NCBI GenBank assembly: GCA_028534125.1
Contig: CM052834.1
Span: 186,001 to 250,000, forward strand
Reading direction: 5' to 3'
DNA length: 64,000 nt
Origin: Lama glama
Taxonomy: Eukaryota
Part shown: positions 59,688-64,000 of the stretch, one piece after another
Layout of the letters: the number at the start of each line of letters is the position of its first letter
Numbering within the stretch: the stretch's first letter is position 1
Made by a program: the position numbers and the translations under genes
The notes under the pieces: model-generated
Told to the model about the DNA's origin: nothing
Seen by the model: the letters and a program-made list of their open reading frames with translations, nothing else
Databases searched by the model: none

Positions 59688-60666
59688 GTAGGCATTGGGA
59701 GGGCTGTGGGCTCATCTCCGCCTGGTTCCTGCTGCGCGCTGCCCTCTGGGCCACTCCAGCCTCCGGACCTCCGGCTGCCTCGACTCGGTGGACAGGGGTG
59801 TGGCCCAGGGATCCAGCTGCTGTGTCTCCTGGCTGGTCCCCTGGGGAAGGATGAGAAGGCCTGGGGGCAGGAGGGACAAGCAGAGGCTGTCCCTGGGTGG
59901 CTCTCCCACACCGTCCCTGCTTCGGGGCCCCAAAGCCTCGCTGGACGCAGTGGCCAAAGTGATGACAGTAGGAAATGAGCGTGTGGACGGGGACCTAATG
60001 AGGTTTGGAAGCAAAAGGCAGGTAGAGGCTCTGGTGGCCACCTCGTGATGCTGACTCGTTCCCTCGGCTGGACTTGCCGTGGCTCCTGAGTTGCTGGAAG
60101 GAGGTGGGAGAGGCTAGGCAGTCAGGGCTGCAGGAGTCGGGTGCGGTGGAGCTGGCAGTAGCTTCAGCAAGAACCCGGGGTGGGAAGGCCAGGGCCCGGA
60201 GCGGTACTGAGCACAGTCAGTGTGGCTGGACCTCCGATGGGAACAGTGGACGTTCAGGTCCAAGGTCACGTCAGATCCGGGTGACCTGTCCCTGAAAGTG
60301 AGGCAGGTGCATGGAAGGTTTTGAGGAGAGAAATCAAGCTCGAGTTGCGTGCCACGGTCCAGGCTGTGGGGAGGCCAGCAAGACAAGCCTGAGGGGGCAC
60401 TGGGGGCCCAGGGGGAGGGGGGCTGCATCCAGGACCTGTGATGCCAGCATGGCCGGGCTGCAGAGCCCTCTGGACCACTTCCTGGGCAGATGGCTGTCAG
60501 ATGCAGGGGCCAGAGCCCAGCTAGCTGCAGCGGCTGTCTCAGCATCACGGACCGTTTTCAGGAGCAGGGGTGGGGAGATGCCGGCTTTGCTCCAAAGCAG
60601 AACCGCCGTGTTCTGGGAGGAGGGGTCAGCGAAGTGTCGTCTAGAGCCACCCTCTCTGACGTTTAG

Positions 60667-60806
60667 TTTCTGCGAGTCAAGAGGAGGCCATCTGGGACAT
60701 CGCCAGGCAGCTCGCACAGATCGGGGACACGATGGGCCGCAGCATCCACCCGGGGCTGATCCAGGGCCTGGCCGCGCAGTTCACAAATGGCAGCCTCTCG
60801 GAGGAG
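60667..60806 (+). CDS. BID: BID BH3 exon ((V)[46 protein letters not shown])
   Basis: TAG acceptor 60664-60666, GAG|GTGAGC donor; BH3 core [10 protein letters not shown]; phase 1->0. Confidence 0.96.
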
Positions 60807-61597
60807 GTGAGCGCGAACACCCACGGGCGGTCAGGAAGCGGGGGCTGCTCAGGGTCTGTCCTGCACCTCGGGTCCTGACTGTCCACAAAAGAGCTGGAAA
60901 TAGGACCAGCCTGACGACCCTTCAGGTTAAGAAGAACTAAGTAACTTGACACGAAAAACCCAAACTTTCAGTCAGATCCAGCGTTTGGGGACAAAGCCCC
61001 CAGAAGGTGAACACGATGTGTGTGGCTCTTTCCTCCAGTTCAGGGAGTTGACTGAGGGAGCCTACAGAGCTAAGTCCCCACCAGGGGTGGCCCCACAGGC
61101 CGGGCACACCCCACAAGGCCGTCAGGCATGTGTAGGAGCCAAGGTGGGGGGGTCCACTACTGATGGCTAAGGACGCAGGGGCCCCCCCAACACTCAGAAA
61201 TGTAGTCCAGGGTCTGGCCCGTCCAGGGAGCTCCCTTTTGAGGTTTGAAGGTGTCGTGGCGCACAAGCAGCTGTGACGTTCTCTCCCCCTCAGGGAAGGT
61301 CCTTTGGGGCCTATGGTCCATGGAGGCCTCCCCTGGACGGGCGGGAGGGGTTCCTCCTCTCCCTGCACCCTTGCATGAGGCCCGGATGCCCTCGGTGGGC
61401 ACTGACCCTCAGCTCAGGTGCTGGGGGGGGGGGTGTCTCCGTCTGCCCTCTCAGACCAGAGTTGTCCTCACTCCCCTCCAGCATCTGCTGCTGACAGCGC
61501 TCCTCTGAAAGGAAGGCCCCTTCATGGCTGTCACTGAAGGGCGGCCTTCCTCCAGCAGGAGGAGGCTGGTCAGCGAGGCTCTGTCTCCTCCATGCAG

Positions 61598-61810
61598 GAC
61601 AGAAGGCGGGGCTTCGCCACGACTCTGGGGCAGCTCCTCCAGGCCTGCCCCGCAGATGTGGACCAGGAGAAGACTTTGCTCGTGCTGACCATGCTCCTGG
61701 CCAAAGAGGTGGCCAGTCACACGCCAGCCTTGCTCCAGGACGTCTTCCGCACAACGGTGAACTTCATCAACCAGAATCTTCTCACCTATGTGAGGAACTT
61801 AGTCCAAAAT
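61598..61810 (+). CDS. BID: BID exon ([18 protein letters not shown]...[39 protein letters not shown])
   Basis: CAG acceptor, AAT|GTAAGA donor; [13 protein letters not shown] hallmark. Confidence 0.97.
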
Positions 61811-62657
61811 GTAAGAGCCAGCAACACCAGCTCCTAGGCATCTCCCCTAAGGTCTGAGACCGTCCTGCAGGGCTGCCTGCTGGTGACCAGACCCCAGAGA
61901 AGGCAGTCTTCCTGCTCAGGAAGAAAGGCCAGGTTCTGCTTCTGTGAGCAGGAAAGGCACTGGTGGGAGGTGGTGAAGGCCGACTTGGCGCTCGTGACAG
62001 GATGGAGGCAAGGTGGTGGGAGGTGCCCAGGCTGCCTCCCATCTCCTTGCGACTTCACCTTGTCCCAAAATGAGTGTAACTTACGTGATTACCAAGGAGG
62101 ATCAACGGTCAAGAGGGGACTGCAGTCTGTCTTCTAAGCAGGGAGTTTGAGCCCACAGCTCTTTGTGGCCCAAGGAAGAGGCCAGGCAGGCCTTAGGCCT
62201 CTGGCTTGGGTTTATTCACAAACTAGCTGGAAGGGAAGTGGGCGTCTTGTCTGAAAGTTTGAAAACATTAGTGAATGTCTGGGCTTTTACTTGTCAGAAG
62301 CACGGCTCAGGCCTCTGACCCTCTTCAGGTTCCCTGATGAGCCTTGAAAGCGCGTGCTCTGCATGGTCTCCAGCTTCACAGGCGTCTTACAACTGGGGTG
62401 AATATAAACCCCAATCCAGTGTGAAAGCACGCTGAATCGTGGGGAGGGGAGAAGCCCGAGAACACGAGTCTGTCTGTTACCAGCCCACCCGGTGTGCGGG
62501 GCTGAGACAGCCTTGGTTCAGCCCTCGGCGCTGTGCGTGACTCGGGGGGAAAGCCTGCGTTTGCAAAGCCCCAGTCCACTTCCACCGACTGCAGGTCCGG
62601 GCACGGGGGCCTGGCCTGCGGGGCAGACAGGCTGACTGTTTTCCGTCCCTGCCACAG

Positions 62658-62669
62658 GAGCTGGACTGA
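62658..62669 (+). CDS. BID: BID last coding exon ELD* (protein 192 aa)
   Basis: Pyrimidine tract + CAG acceptor 62655-62657, GAG CTG GAC TGA; matches the 3-residue terminal exon of BID (human GMD*). Confidence 0.88.
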   Translation, partial: ELD

Positions 62670-63655
62670 GTGCACCACTCGATGAAAACGGGGCTGGAGA
62701 CACCTGAGCTGGTGACAGCAGTGCAGCTGCCTTCGTGGGTATTTAAGCAGCTGAGAGGACCATCCCAGAGCCGGTGTTTAACTGGGACCACTCAGCAACC
62801 TCCCTTCCACGCCGAGTGAGCATGTGCACATGTGACTGTTGCACGCCATCACCTGAACCCGTCCCCACGCCAGGCCTTTACCTGACGTCAGCTGTGAGGG
62901 CCCCACCTACTGTAAAGGTGTTTAAGTCTTTTTGTTTTAAAAAAGTACCCACTTTACTGCTCCTGAAAGTGCAACCCTGGGGGTGGTCTCAGGGCAGCAG
63001 TGCTCTGGGTTTTTGAGGCCCAAGCGCTGGAGGGGGAGGGACATGCCCCTTACGAGTGAAAAAGCCACCCTGGAAGGAGGGACAGCCTGATACCAAGGAA
63101 GTCCAGTCTTCCTATTTAAAAACCAAAGGGCACAAGAGGTCTGGGCTCTGGGAACATCAGGCCTCAAAACGTGTTTTTGACTTTTTCCTTTTATTTGAGT
63201 CAAGAACCAAAGGCACTTAAAAGGTGTGGAGACGACTTCAAGTCAGCCAGCTTACAGAGTCACCACGCACCCTCTTCTCACGGAGCTGCGCCTGGGGGGT
63301 GGTATCTGGAACCTTCCCTCTCCCCAGCCGGCCCCTCAGCTCACCCCTGCCTGAGGGCTGCGTGTGGAGAACAGCTCTCCGGGCATAAACATGAAAGAAC
63401 ATTTAGTCTTCCAGAAAGCCAGCATCTGAGAGGCTCCCTTTGATGGGGACACAAGTCAGAGCATAGGCAGCAACACACCACTCAGCACCAGAGTCAACCA
63501 GGGGCACTTACGTTTCGAAACAGCGCAGTCCAGTCTGTCCTGCTGAGGCAGAGGCAGGCAGTGGACGTGGGGCCCGTGCACACATCAGCCGGAGCAGATG
63601 CCTTCGTGACTGCGAGCGTGGTGCTCTGGGAGGCACGTGAATAGGGCAGTGAAGT

Positions 63656-63661
63656 AATAAA
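63656..63661 (+). terminator. Candidate BID polyadenylation signal
   Basis: First AATAAA I found after the BID stop (about 1 kb UTR). Confidence 0.5.
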
Positions 63662-64000
63662 CATGTTCTTGTCACCAAAACCCTTCTCTCCCTGAGTCTA
63701 AATTTATCAGAACAAAAGATGACTCCACATGGTTCAGCACTTAACATGACCACCCTGGGGCCAGGCCACCGTTGGGACACATCTTCCAGGGACGCTCTCG
63801 CTAGGGGTCCTGGACTTACTTAGAAGGATTCATGTCCCGGTGGAAACAGGTCAAACCACACGAACCATCCCCTCGTACCTCTGTCTCACTCAGGGGAGAC
63901 TCATTTTTCACAGCATCCTCACCTGCCACTTTATACATGTTTTAGTTGTAAAATTTTCCAGGCCAAGTCAGATACTTTCTCCCCATTACAAAGTTTCCAG

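Overview
Mammalian genomic DNA, GC-rich, not prokaryotic. Two tRNA-Ala-derived SINEs of the camelid type point to Camelus, Vicugna or Lama. The + strand carries two genes in the same order as human 22q11.21. The first is the 3' part of MICAL3: 13 constitutive coding exons at 4668-37402, about 1093 aa covering the acidic/Pro-rich linker and the C-terminal bMERB Rab-binding domain, with AATAAA at 39762. The second is the complete BID gene: CpG-island promoter at about 44.9-45.9 kb, 5 coding exons at 56460-62669, 192 aa. I rebuilt the exon chains by hand from AG/GT sites and both keep frame end to end. Most ORFs in the six-frame track are GC artefacts. I see no wholly new biological system. The best leads are: (1) a set of frame-preserving MICAL3 cassette/microexons flanked by RBFOX, QKI, PTBP and UG motifs, including an RRR/CPCC possible lipid-anchor cassette and a Val-stop terminal exon that both splice into one bMERB loop; (2) a microexon apparently frameshifted and then rescued by a new donor; (3) a BID that keeps the caspase-8 site but has lost the Asp75 (granzyme B) and Asp98 equivalents, carries a K158E-equivalent change and cannot make BID-EL. 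Comparisons to human/mouse proteins and repeat-family names are from memory and need alignment or RepeatMasker to confirm.
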